A stretch of DNA of 60,592 bases, the filler included, from Catajapyx aquilonaris (Eukaryota): the NCBI GenBank assembly GCA_000934665.2. It is 4 parts of 4 records of this genome, joined end to end, with 100 filler letters (N's around TTAATTAATTAA, not from the genome) between each part and the next. Parts side by side here need not be neighbours in the genome. Positions count along the whole stretch, not along the records: positions 1 to 15,099 come from JYFJ02007624.1; positions 15,200 to 30,308 come from KZ539714.1; 2 more parts are not named here. The stretch is one strand, 5' to 3'. The position numbers and the translations under genes are program-made. The notes beneath the pieces are model-generated. The model was not told the origin of the DNA. It saw only the letters and a list, made by a program, of their open reading frames with translations, and made no database searches. Positions 11,507 through 23,348 of the stretch are shown piece after piece (the first letter of the stretch is position 1; every line of letters begins with the position of its first letter).

Positions 11507-11897
11507 CAGCTGATCACTGGTAAACCCAGAATTAATTAAGCATAGATGAACCAGCTGTCATGGATTTATCATCATACAACTAATTTATGTAAGGCAGCGT
11601 TTACATGTGAGCAATTTGATCAGCAATGTGCAGCGATAAGACCAATTGTTTTGAGGCAAAAATATAATATGTTACCATGATTCTCTCAGCGATGTACATC
11701 ACAGCTGATCACTGGTAAACCCAGAATTAATTAAGCATAGATGAACCAGCTGTCATGGATTTATCATCATACAACTAATTTATGTAAGGAGCGTTTACAT
11801 GTGAGCAATTTGATCAGCAATGTGCAGCGATAAGACCAATTGTTTTGAGGCAAAAATATAATATGTTACCATGATTCTCTCAGCGATGTACATCACA
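11507..11897. repeat. Tandem duplication, ~195 bp x2
   Basis: Unit beginning cagctgatcactggtaaacccag at 11507 and 11702, near-identical. Confidence 0.9.
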
Positions 11898-12009
11898 GCC
11901 CATTGCTGATCAAATTGCTCACATGTAAACACGGCATAAATTTGTTATTTTTTTTTGCTTTTCTAATGAAGTTGCTGGGGACTTTTAAAAGTTCTCACTT
12001 CTGTCTGAC

Positions 12010-12011
<2 letters not shown>

Positions 12012-12069
<58 letters not shown>
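12012..12069. repeat. (TTA)n microsatellite
   Basis: Direct observation. Confidence 0.95.
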
Positions 12070-12092
12070 GGCATGCACAGCCCACTGGGGTA

Positions 12093-12877
12093 TCTAATAC
12101 ATATTTCTCGACGTATATCTGTCTCTCGGTCTTTCCTGGGATCCGCTATGCAAATCCATACGGAGGCCTCGACATATACCCCAGGGGAATGATTAGGGGT
12201 AGTTTTTTACTGGGAAGGTTTTAAGCACATTGGAATTGACCTCCGAGGTCATCCTTGGCCACAGGAGGCGGAAAGAACTCTGGGACATTGGCCCCCTGTT
12301 CTAATAATGAGCATTGTGGTGTTCAGTTGCCCGGGAAACCATCCTTCCCTTCTCTGAAGGCGGGAGGGGTCGCATCGCCCCATCCACATGCTGCCACCTC
12401 CTCCAGACCCCCTTTGTTATTACATTTCTGGCTGTACTTTGGTCAGTGTTTTGGACTCAGATTGGTTGCATACTTTATTGTTCCAATTTCGAATTTATCC
12501 AATGTTGCCTTGGTTAGGAGACTGTTGGTGTAATTATAGGTCATGATCACGTTTTGTTCATAATTTAAAGAGTTCCATATCTTGCTATCCTGGTATCTCA
12601 TTCCATTTTTATCCTAGACACGGAGGCACGGTCCAGCTACGGCCTCAGGGCAGGCCCAGGGTTCGAGCTGGTGGTACAAATGCGCTATATGTAAGAATAG
12701 CGGTTGTGGTTTATTGTTTGCTCCGGCAGCCTGTCGGAATTTTCTTGGCGTACTTTTCATGGCGTACCTTTTCCTCTACGTACTGTGTCATGTAGTTTTC
12801 AATCGTTTTGCATTTGTTCCCCCCCCCCCNCCCTCCCCCTTTGTAACGTTTGGACCTCCACATTCTCAATGTCCTAG
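12093..12877 (+). mobile_element. Non-autonomous Helitron copy (5' portion of the 5057-7411 family)
   Basis: A|TCTAATACATATTTCTCGACG start; diverged reverse complement of ~6580-7411; homology ends at CTAG|T. Confidence 0.8.
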
Positions 12878-14169
12878 TCAGTACCTGAATACGGAGAATT
12901 TCATGAAAAACTTGAAAACCATTTTCAAGTTGTGGTACTGGTAACAGTCTCGTTATTATAATTTTTTTAAAAGTACTGATGGAAAACTGCATATTGTACC
13001 TGTCAAAAAGATGAGGATGAGGATGGCTATTTTTTGCATTTTAATTTTAATTTTTAATTAAAATTTCCAATATTTTGTTAGAGTCATGCCAACTTGTACC
13101 TGGTGATTTCTGCACATTTTCTTGCCTATTGCAACATGTAGTGATGTGTCTTTGTCCCTCAGGCCCCTACTTCTGGAATACTGGAATGCAATGAACGAGA
13201 TGAGGTGGACATAAAGCCTGCTGTAGCCTGTGACCCATTATTAACCACTGACACTGGGTCATCTTAGGAAACTTCCTACAGTAAGTAATCTGTTGCATCT
13301 AATGATCTACGAGGTGATACCCAATTTTGGCTCCAACTAGTGATGCCAACAGAACTGTAATCTGTTGGTATCCTATGATTACAATCTGGCCTCAATAGGT
13401 GTAGCCACCTAGTGTTGAATATCTGACTTTGGCCACGAAAATTGAATCACTTATGGAAATGGCGGATTCTGCTGCTGAAGCTAGACACTCATCTGATAGG
13501 TTTTATTTTTTTACTCATATTTAGAGTGTGATTTTCGCAATGCAGTGAATGCCCTGGGATTTGCAAGGAATGTGTATTAGGAAATGCGAAAAGATGTGTC
13601 TGTGACAATCTTGGTTGCTGTAGAGAACTGGTAATTTTCTTTTCTTCCTGAGACCAAAATAATGCCCATTTAAATGGACATCCAAAAATGGCATTTTTTG
13701 CTGAATGGGCTGTGACTTTTCTTTGCCTGTACCTATACACCCATAAGGAAGTGTGCTTTGCACTATGCAGTTCAGTTTTAAAATCTAGAATAGCAAGGTA
13801 CCACTTTAGCGGGTAAGAAGGGAAGGATCAAGGCCCATGCCTGAAGCAGTGGAGTTCAAAAATAATTTCATTTATCTTTAATTGTCTTCTGAGAGGAATT
13901 TCTACCACGAATTCCACAAATGAATTTAAAAAACATTGTTTTGAGGATAGAGCACTATGTTAGTGATCCATTAAGTGGTATTTAAATTTTCAGCTTTCAT
14001 CCGTTCGGCTTTTGTAGCAGCAATGTTGTAGCCTAATGTTGTCATTGGTTGTTAGTCACTATTTTTGTTGATATTTTAAAACGAAATTTTTTTTCTCGTT
14101 TCTTATTGGGAAAAGGTTCAGAAAATGCAATAGTAACTAGCATTGCGTTAAAAATTCTTCTCGGGTCTC

Positions 14170-14700
14170 AGGAGGATATTTCCGAGAATTTGATCATAAA
14201 AACATTAATATTTACATTAAGCCCTCATTTCCACTGCCACCTTCAAAGTAGTAACCTTGGGCTCACACAACGATCCCAGCGATTTCCCCATTTTTGGAAG
14301 CACCCATAAAAATTTGCCTGCTGTAGCCTGTTCAGCACTTGCTGCGATTTTGCTTAGCTCTCTTTGGTGGAGTCAAAAGCCTTTTCTACCCTAATTTCAT
14401 TTTTAATAGGGGAGAGGCAGAAATCACATGGGGCCAGGTCAAGAGAATAGGCAGGGTGGGAAACAGTGGTCATGTTGTTTTTTGCCAAGAAGTCCCTGAC
14501 TATGCTTGAGGTGTGTGCAGGCGCATTGCCATGGTTGCAGCAACCAGCCTCTGTTCTTCCACATTTCCAGCCATTTCAGCCTAAATCGTCTAAAATCATA
14601 GCAGTAAGACTTCCTGTTTACAGTTTTACCAGGTGGGAGAAACTCCATATGCACAGTTCCTCAAATGTCAAAAAAAATTATCTGCATTGAGTTGATTTTG
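14170..14700 (-). pseudogene. Mariner transposase C-terminal relic
   Basis: EFLPPGKTVN, HPAYSLDLAPCDF, RWDRCV and GYYFEG motifs with frameshifts. Confidence 0.85.
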
Positions 14701-15099
14701 CTGCAACCTGGGTCCGCCATCTTTGAAGTGCTTAAACAACTCGTACCGTCAAATGGGGGGAAATTGTGCCAATTTTAGAGGTTTTCCTTGCAAGCAAACC
14801 AGAGTAATTGATATATCGGAACGAATATTTTATGCAACAGTGCTTCATATCTCACCTTTCAGATGATACGTGAAAATAATTTTTATATAGTAGGCCCTAT
14901 ACAGGGTGATCAAACTTTTTTGTCGTTTTAGTTATTGACAAATTCGGCCTAAGCTGCTTATATTGTAGCCCGTTCCCTGGCAACCCCGTCCGGCGGGCCA
15001 ATTCAAACATCAGCACATGGAGAGTGCTTCCATTGTTGCCACTGTTTACAAATCCAGTGAGTGACGCGGACGACCCAGCGACGGGTCTCTTCTGCCTGC

Positions 15100-15199
15100 N
15101 NNNNNNNNNNNNNNNNNNNNNNNNNNNNNNNNNNNNNNNNNNNTTAATTAATTAANNNNNNNNNNNNNNNNNNNNNNNNNNNNNNNNNNNNNNNNNNNN
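15100..15199. other. Artificial 100-nt N spacer with TTAATTAATTAA
   Basis: Identical to the spacers at 30309 and 45409; the core gives stops in all six frames. Confidence 0.95.
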
Positions 15200-15679
15200 G
15201 CTATTGATGGCTTGGGGCTCTTTTTGCATATAGATATTATGGGTACGGCGCGGCGTCTGCTGTTTGCGGAATGGACGCCGCCATTTTTAGTCAGGCCATT
15301 TGAATAATAATTCAAACGATGAAACGACGATGCAGGAAGAGCCGCAATAAATAAGCCTTACAGATGTATTTAATAACATTTTATTATCATGATTTAATAT
15401 TTGATAAATTTAATTTTGATATTTGATTTCCATGGTTTATGCCTGGAAATTTCTGCGAGTGATTGACCAGTGCTGCAGATATTTTTATTTTTGGTCGTGA
15501 CGAGATGATCGGGAGAACCGCAAGTTACACTAATTTTAGTTCAATTTCTCTCCTAGGTTCTGGGAATGTTCGAAGTTCGGGGGTAGGTAGTAAGAAGAGG
15601 GTGAAAAATTCAGAGGTTAGACTTTCCATTGTTAGCATAAAAATAAGTGGGATATTGTTAGGAAATCATTTGTTGATGC

Positions 15680-16780
15680 TCGTTTAGATATAATGTGCTT
15701 GTCTGATGAAGGGGGAAGATGAAGGGCCAGAAGGGGTGTTCAGTGGGGGATTTCAATGGGCTAACAGGTTTCTGGTCTGGTGTAGATGAAAGTAAGAGGG
15801 CTTGTGCAGGTGTTGGTATACTTATTAGTCCTACGCTGGTGCACTGTGTGAAAGGATACAGTCAGGTCATGGAAAGAATAATGTGGGTGAGTCTGAAGGT
15901 GGTTAAGACTAGGATTGTGGTTGTGGCTGTGTATGCACCAGTTGACTCATCTTCGGATGAGGATAAGGAGAGGTTCTGGGATAGTTTAAGTCAAGGGGGT
16001 AATCACTCGACTGAAAAGTGTACACTGGAGTAGGCTACCTAATTCAAGGAGTACCAAAGACCTAAGGAGTACCTGGGAGTACCACTTGCAGGTGTACACC
16101 AGAGTACCGAAGTGATTACCCCCTTGGTTTAAGTGCTGTGTTGGATGGTTTCAATGGTAATGACATGATAATTCTAGCAGGGGATTTTAATTCTTGGGTG
16201 GGTGTCTCTCGCCCAGGGTATGAGGGAGTGTTGGGTCGTTGTGGGGATGTTGGGGTTAATGGAAATGGTGTGAGTTTATTGGATTTATGTGTAGAGAGGG
16301 GCCTTTATGTATCTAGTACTGTTTCCACACAAACGGATTCATCAGTATACTTGGGAGAATAGGTCCTTAGGTCAGAAGTCCTTGATTGACTTTGTAGTGA
16401 CGATACTGAGATAATAGGTTGAGGTCAAAGGTAGTTGATACTAAGGTGGTTAGAGGTGTAGATGCTGGTTCCGACCATTACCTGGTCGTCTCTAGGTTAA
16501 GGTTAGGTGTTGGATGGAGGATGTTTAAGAAAAACCCCGAGGTGGTTGAGAGGATTAAGGTTGAGCAACCTGCATTAGGTTTGGAAAATCAACAGCTAGT
16601 TTCTGATAAATTGGTAGAAGGGAACAAGACACTTAAGTCCTTAGAAGAGGCTTGGGATTGTTTCAAGTCATCCTTAGTGAGTAGTGTTGTTGATTTTATT
16701 TTGTGGTATGACTAAGGTGGGTTGTAAGAAGGGGGATCGTTGGTGGAACGAGGAGGTGGCTAAGGCTGTTAAGTCAGAGA
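15680..16780 (+). pseudogene. LINE (RTE-like) apurinic endonuclease domain, decayed
   Basis: AGVGILI, IVVVAVYAP, KERFWDSL, IILAGDFNSWVG, LIDFVV and GSDHYLVV motifs; frameshifts and a MITE insertion. Confidence 0.85.
15992..16126. mobile_element. 135-bp MITE with 16-bp TIR and 8-bp TSD (P- or hAT-type)
   Basis: GTTTAAGT|CAAGGGGGTAATCACT...AGTGATTACCCCCTTG|GTTTAAGT. Confidence 0.92.
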
Positions 16781-16999
16781 ATACTGAATATTCAGAGTGG
16801 GTTTATGTCGGGTAAGAGTTGTGTAGAGCACGGGGTTCTCGCTCTCTCGCTCCCAGGCTCCCGACTCGTAACCATTGCAATCTCGCTCCATCCTACCCCG
16901 CCGTCATTTCCCTTTGTTAGTACGAACGTGTAGCCTTACTGATTGTGAGAGTAAACCCTGGTTTGTCTAGCCTTGTGTTTTTCCTACCCCTGACCCCAC

Positions 17000-17330
17000 C
17001 TCAACACTCATAATGACCATTTATTTTGTCTTCGATTTGTGTTGTTTTTTTACCTTCGGGCAGTCAAAAAACCAAATTCCTCAAATATAGAGGTTTTTCC
17101 CAATCAAGTGGTCCTAAATGTTGCTAGACCATCTCGTATTTTGCTGAAAATACCACAGCTGTACACACCTATGCCATAACAGTACATAACAAGTTTCAGC
17201 CAAATATTGCCAAATACCGTGGGGAGGGAAGAAATGACGAAATTTTTGAAATGGGGCCTTTTTTTGTATATTTTTTCGGTTAGTGGAAGTGGTCAAAACC
17301 CAATCAACATGATTTATACAGGGTTGGAAC
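17000..17330. repeat. Dispersed repeat family (other copies ~8855-8935, 17995-18445 inverted, 50050-50620)
   Basis: Shared core aatgttgctagaccatctcg...gaaaata..cacagc and flanking text seen in each copy; probably a non-autonomous DNA transposon. Confidence 0.75.
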
Positions 17331-17683
17331 ATTTAACCTATACCGTCGCACAGTGGGGTATTTTGGTCGAAAAGTTGGCCAAAGTTATTTCTGTGAATTT
17401 TTGCTTCTAAAATGCTCTGATTCATTGATTTATTAAGTAATAGGGGAAGTAAAGTAGTTTTTGGTGACAAAAAAGCAGGCAGTATAAGCGGACCTTTACT
17501 GGTACAATATGTACGAATAACTCCATTTTGTAAGAAACTATTGCGAATTTCTCAGGAATCGTAGCCAATATTATGGGTTTTCATTGTCATATTCGTGATC
17601 AGCCCCTTCAAATCATGAAGAAATTACTATACAAGTACAATAGACGGCAACGTCGGCAATAGAAGCGGACGTATATATACGAT

Positions 17684-18891
17684 CATGGGCGTATCCAGGG
17701 GGGGGGGGGGGGNGGGGGGGGGGCAGCTGCCCCCCCTTCCAAGGTGGAAAAAATTGAAATAACAAGTTTTTGAACAATATTAATTAACAGGTAGGGTTTT
17801 GGTATTTCATTTCACGTTCATTTAGCTCGCTTCGCCGAATTAAAACATGGCTAAGAAGCACTATGGCTGAAAATAGGTTGAATGAGTTAGCCATGATAAG
17901 CATTCACAGACAATGGGTTTTCGCTTTTCGGAGACAAGAAGCAATATTAGTGGAAGCTGTAGTTAGAAAATTTGCAAGTAATCCTCGCAAACTATTGTGC
18001 CACATATGTTTTTCTGAGTCATTTTCCAGAAAAACATTCCATAGGCGCATTCTACTCGCGTTTCTCTTTCATTATTTTGATATATATGTTGATTGGGTTT
18101 TGATTGACCACTTCCAATAATCGAAAAAATTATACAAAAAAGGCCCCATTTTCAAAGTTTCGCGATTTTGTCCCTCCCTACGGTATTTCGCAATTTGGCT
18201 GAAACTTGATATGCAGTGTTACGGCATAGGTGTGTACAGCTGTGATTATTTTCAGACAAATCCGCGATGGTCTAGCAACATTTAGGTCCACTCGATTGGG
18301 AAAAACTGCTGTATTTGAGGATTTTAGTTTTTTGACTGCCCCGAGGTCAAAAACTAATCGAAGACAAAATGTATGGTTATTTAGTTGCGAGTGACCTAAG
18401 GAACACGGAAACCGCAATAATTTCCATGGACAAATATCGTGTTGCAGTGTTAATACATGGCACACAACCCCCCCAAGTGCCAAGTGTATTGGGCTAAAGT
18501 ATGAAATATCCCCAATTAACAGTAATTGCAATATGTTAAGTTTTGAAGTCGCCGAGTGACCGTCTCCCAACGTCGTGCAGCAAGTTTAACCTAAACTTGC
18601 GTGACCTTGAACCGAAAATTTTTTTCGCCTGCGGCGGGCTTTCCCTGCCCTTCCTCTCGTGCACTTCTATAATTCGTTCGAATGACCATTGCGTGCAGTC
18701 CATAGTTCTACTCTGACATAGCCGTGATCATTGTGTCTTCTTATATCAGCTATTCCATATCCTAAACACAAACGCTACCGTTTGTAATAATTGTGGGGGA
18801 AATAAATAGAGCAGGCAGAAAAATCGGGAGGGGGGGGGGGAGGTCCGCCACTGGCTGCCCCCCTTTCCGTTTTGAGCTGGATACGCCCTTG
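17684..18891 (+). mobile_element. Non-autonomous hAT element with dimerisation-domain relic
   Basis: TIR CATGGGCGTATCCAG / CTGGATACGCCCTTG; TSD tatacgat/tgtacgat (7/8). 17822-17990 encodes FSSLRRIKTWLRSTMAENRLNELAMISIH...VVRKFASNPRKL. Confidence 0.85.
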
Positions 18892-19084
18892 TGTACGATA
18901 TGGTCGTATATTACTACTCAATTATGTAAAAACTTTTGAGGATTTCTCAGGATTCGTAGTGAATTTTGGATTTTCATTGTCATATTCGTGATCAGCACAT
19001 TGAAATCTTTAATAAATGTCTACTTTAATCTGAGAAGTTTGACTTTCGTCAAAATATGTTGCCCGGTGATTATAGCAACACGTT

Positions 19085-19180
19085 TTCTAGATATTCAAGC
19101 ATGCTTGAATATCTAGAACAGTAACAAGGCCTAGATGTCAACCAAATTCATTTTGTTGACATCTAGGCCTTGTTACTGTT
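19085..19180. repeat. Two abutting palindromes (34-bp perfect; 26-bp arms with a 12-nt loop)
   Basis: ttctagatattcaagca|tgcttgaatatctagaa, then aacagtaacaaggcctagatgtcaac...gttgacatctaggccttgttactgtt. Confidence 0.95.
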
Positions 19181-19661
19181 GTATCAAGTCATATAATTGT
19201 CCCCATACCATGACTTTGACTCCTGATGACCCTAGTTGAAAGAGAGAGAAAAATAGTCGGAAAAAAGAGGTGCAAAAATTTACGTTAACAGCACAGGATA
19301 AAAAAGGGGGGGCGGGGGGGGGGGGGATGAAATGGCGGGAACATGCGGGCCAGATTCTTTTATTGCTATGAAATAGAAGCACGACTCTTCAAAATGTCGA
19401 AAATAAAACAGCTTAGAAGCCTTTAGAAGTATAACTTAATGTTTGAATATTTCACATTTGGCGAAAAAGTAGACAAATTATTGCATAATTTCGGGGACTA
19501 ATAATTACTTATAGACTAGTCATATTATAGTAAGAAATTCTTTAAAATGAAGTAGGCCTACACACCTTCTTCTGAAGCTTCCATATTGGAACAGTTCACA
19601 AATATTTTGTATAACTGAAAACAACACTAATGAATGTGTGGCGCCGTAAATTGCGCTTACA

Positions 19662-19925
19662 CAGTGGCGTAGGCAGGAAATTTTTTCGGGGGGGGCCCAT
19701 GGCCGATCGGTCCGTTTCATAATATTGTAACCTATTGTAAGACTTTTTTGACGTATCATAACAGTATTCGAGTCGGAGAGGGGAGGGGGAGGATTTCATA
19801 AACCGCGAAAATTTTCTTTACTGTTACATAATGTAATGCATTTATTGATTATTCTTAACATTTCGGGGGGGGGGGGGGNNNNNNNNNNNNNNNNNNNNNN
19901 NNNNNNNNNNNNGCCTACGCCACTG
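19662..19925. mobile_element. hAT-like MITE with poly-G tracts
   Basis: TIR CAGTGGCGTAGGC/GCCTACGCCACTG; flanking direct repeat GCTTACA (7 bp); contains a small N gap. Confidence 0.8.
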
Positions 19926-19944
19926 GCTTACAATTAGCTAAATA

Positions 19945-21012
19945 CAGGGTGGGGCAAAAGTCATGGGCGGGTTTAAACGACGCAGCATGGCGTAAGTAAC
20001 GAACGAGTATATTTTAAAAAAATTACACTACACAGAGAAATATATCCCATTTATGGGTCAAGGTCCAAAAAAGTCACTTCTTGAAAACAACACCTGATAG
20101 ATGTCCACCTTTGCGTGCAACACATATTCCTCCAAACACCTGACGAAACCCTTCATAATGCACTCCAGGCCTCCAGCATGTCCAGGGAAATGTTTCTCAC
20201 GGCGTGTCTTATCTGATCCTTAAGATGAGGAGCTTGCCAGCAAATCCAGATAAATCCACTCCGGGTCGAATATAATCTGGACACGCTGGAGGCATGCTCC
20301 ACGCAATGCCTTTCTATTGACATGAAGTTGCAAGTGAAACTAGACATTTTTAACAATGCCCTACCTCCACAATCACCATATATTGAAGTAAAACAATTGT
20401 GTCTACATAATGGCAACCCCTACAGCCTACTGCACATGACAACTTCACTCTCACTTTTGCCACCAGCATTGAGGAATCACTTATTGGCTCCTCCTGAAAA
20501 ATTGCAAATTGTGGATTTATCTGGATTTGCTGGCAAGCTCCTCAGATCAGCCAATGACTGAGGACGTGTGGCGAACACCGAACAAATTAAAAGTCTAGTG
20601 TTTCCTGGGAGGGTCATTTCGAGAACTGGGGACATTCCTTGGCTGTCGCGGGCGCCGGATTTGACCACCCCCGACTTCTTCTTGTGGGGGTACCAGAAGA
20701 GTTTGGTGTTCGCCACACGTCCTCAGTCATTGGCTGATCTTAAGGATCAGATAAGACACGCCATGAGAAACATTTCCCTGGACATGCTGGAGTGCATTAT
20801 GAAGAGTTTCGTCAGGTGTTTGGAGGAATATGTGTTGCACGCAAAGGTGGACATCTATCCGGTGTTGTTTTCAAGAAGTGACTTTTTTGGACCTTGACCC
20901 ATAAATGGCATATATCTTTCTCTGTGTAGTGTATTTAAAAAAATATATAATCGTTCGTTACTTACGCCATGCTGCGTCGTTTAAACCAGCCCATGACCTT
21001 TGCCCCATCCCG
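19945..21012. mobile_element. Tc1/mariner-derived fold-back element with transposase C-terminal relic
   Basis: TA|CAGGGTGGGGCAAA...TTTGCCCCATCCCG|TA; ~310 bp arms. 20640-20830 encodes WLSRAPDLTTPDFFLWGYQKSLVF...DLKDQI. Confidence 0.9.
20227..20543. mobile_element. MITE with GAG...CTC ends and 4-bp TSD (Sola-like), nested in the mariner fold-back
   Basis: AGAT|GAGGAGCTTGCCAGCAAATCCAGATAAATCCAC...GTGGATTTATCTGGATTTGCTGGCAAGCTCCTC|AGAT; the empty site is visible in the opposite arm. Confidence 0.85.
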
Positions 21013-22062
21013 TATTACGCGAACTGTCATCAACTTTACACTGCTGCTGCTGGTACGGACGAAGGGTTACACCTAAAAGAAGTACAACTGCATGTCATAA
21101 TAGCCTCGTCATTCATCTGTTCCAGGAAACGAAATTTTTTGGAATCAGTAACATAAAAAAAAAATCAAATTGGGTCAGCTTTTGAGGCCAAATACTACAC
21201 TGTGCGTCGCTTTGAGAAATGATAGTGGGGTTCTAGGCTATCACTTCTAGTATATGTAACATGGGTCTCCGACGCATAATTACCGAGATAATGTGATAAA
21301 AACACAGGTATAAAATATCCTGGCACGTATAGGCATCCCTCCACGCGACCTTACCTTTTTCATTTAAATTTAAGGTGTTACCATGTAGGCCTAATTTAAT
21401 TTTAATTTCCGATCCTTTTAGGTGTAGCAGGAAATGGCCTAGGCCCTACCCTAGCTAGGCGATGGAAGTATCGTAAGCAGTAACCGAAACCTACAAGCTA
21501 GGATAATGTACTTTTTATTTAATGCTAATTATCCGGGTAACTATGCGCCGGAGACCCATGATGCATGTAGGATTCGGAAATTATCTACCTTCGCTTTGGG
21601 GGATGGTAGAAGGGTTCTACATCAGATTTTTAAATACTGGCCCTTGTGTGACTCTAAATAACTCACCGGAAAACGGTCCAAAAGAAACCTGCAAATTGCT
21701 ATAGAAAAAAGAGAATGCCATAATTATGAAATGATGAAAAAGTGGGACAGTGCACAAAATGTACGTCCCATGCTCATGGGGCGCGTATTAAGCATGTACT
21801 ACGCATGTATCAACGATATTATCATTGTTGCCAATTCGCCCTTTTGTCACATTTTGCGTGGACTAAGTGATTGTTGCAAAAAGGTCGTATACCGGTATAG
21901 GAGTGCACAATAATGAGATTTTTTCCGGGGTATTATATTGCATGAGAATGACAAGTTTGGTCGGGATCATAAGTGAGACGCTGCATAACATGATATACCT
22001 AAGTAGGAACAAAATTAAACGATAACTGAAGACAACAAAGTTACATATTCTGGAGTAAAATA

Positions 22063-22265
22063 CAGGGTGATTCTCCCGAATGGAAACCCAAACATTCCTC
22101 AATAACTTTTTAACTATGGTATGGTACCAGATGAAAATTGACATGTACTTACCTTGTATCATGCCAAACAAGGTCTGACTAAAGAATATACCAAAAGTGG
22201 TTCCCTCCAGCATCCAAGAATTTTTTAATGCGAGTCTGCATATTGCCGAAGACTCCTGCAGATTG
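22063..22265. repeat. Repeat duplicated at ~29049-29252, starting with a Tc1/mariner-like TA|CAGGGTG end
   Basis: Near-identical ~200 bp at both sites. Confidence 0.7.
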
Positions 22266-22574
22266 CCGGCGGGGATTACATTCATCCCCCGCCGCGCCGC
22301 GTCGCAAAGACCTCGGACTTGCACCGTTGGATTCCTTGCCATCGATGTAGTATTACCAAAAATCCTCATAATCGCGAATTTCGTCTTCGAGAAAAAATAT
22401 GAAGTGCATCCGCAAATACTCCCGGATAGTTGCCCAAGGCGGCCAACAGACGAGAGCCACCATCGCCTGCACCAGCACCACCCACTACCTCCAACGGGGG
22501 CCCCCTCGAATCCTCCTCCCCTACCCACCGCCGCACCAAGTCATCTGTTATTGTGTCATGTTGCCTTTTTTTGT

Positions 22575-22960
22575 CGATTGGAAACTCCAGGAGATGCAAA
22601 ATTGACATGTACAGCCTAAAATGAAGGTCAAGAGGTCAATATGACCAGTTCATTTTATGCACGTTTTGCACCCATTGGGGTGGACTACCTCTCCAACAAA
22701 TTGGATTGAAGTCGATGGGAAACTACAGGAGATGCAAAATTGACCTGTACAGCCTAAAATGAAGGTCAAGGGGTCAATATGACCAGTTCATTTTATGCAC
22801 GTTTTGCACCCATTGGGGTGGACTACCTCCCCAACAAATTGGATCAAAATCGATGGAAAACTACAGGAGATGCAAAATTGACCTGTACAGCCTAAAATGA
22901 AGGTCAAGGGGTCAATATGACCAGTTCATTTTATGCACGTTTTTCATCCATTTTGGTGGG
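22575..22960. repeat. ~138-bp tandem repeat (~2.7 copies), with related inverted units extending to ~23672
   Basis: ggagatgcaaaattgac...tacagcctaaaatgaaggtcaag at 22590, 22728 and 22866. Confidence 0.85.
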
Positions 22961-23048
22961 CCAATAGCCCGTAGTTTCCAACCGATTTAGTTCAAATTTG
23001 TTGGGTAGGTGGCCGACCCCAATATGAGAAAACTGACCAAAAGTGACC

Positions 23049-23348
23049 GAAGCAGTGGCGGCGGAGGGGATATGGTATCCGACTGCTAATCGGGAGGTCC
23101 TGGGTTCGATCCCCGGGGCCGGCAACCCTAACCGTGATTTTCTGTGGTTTCCCACGGTCCCTCCAGGTAAATGCCGGGGTTGTTTCCTAAAATAATAGGC
23201 CACAGCCGCTTCCTTCCGTCCCTATCCTATCCCCAAAAGCGAAGTAAAAATGCAAAGAAAGAGTTCCAGTCAAAATAAAACTCCCCCCTAAAGAGCCGCC
23301 GCGCCGCGCCGGCTGATAACCGGGTATATTATATTATATTATTATTAT
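23049..23348 (+). mobile_element. tRNA-derived SINE, family A, full length
   Basis: B-box GGTTCGATCCCC, (TAT)-rich tail, 18-bp TSD AACTGACCAAAAGTGACC. Confidence 0.9.

Noticed and set aside
15144..15155. TTAATTAATTAA inside the N-runs as piggyBac target sites or a biological motif
   Set aside because: Identical in three fixed-length spacers; it is an artificial linker.
21863..22619. 221-aa and 140-aa ORFs
   Set aside because: Span a dispersed repeat and a GC-rich low-complexity stretch; no recognisable domain.
22575..22960. CRISPR-like array
   Set aside because: Units are whole tandem duplicates with no unique spacers; eukaryotic context and no cas genes.
23055..23125. tRNA genes here and at ~27190-27258, ~49975-50050, ~51850-51920 and ~57915-57987
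   Set aside because: Each head is attached to a non-tRNA body, most with simple-repeat tails and TSDs; they are SINE heads.
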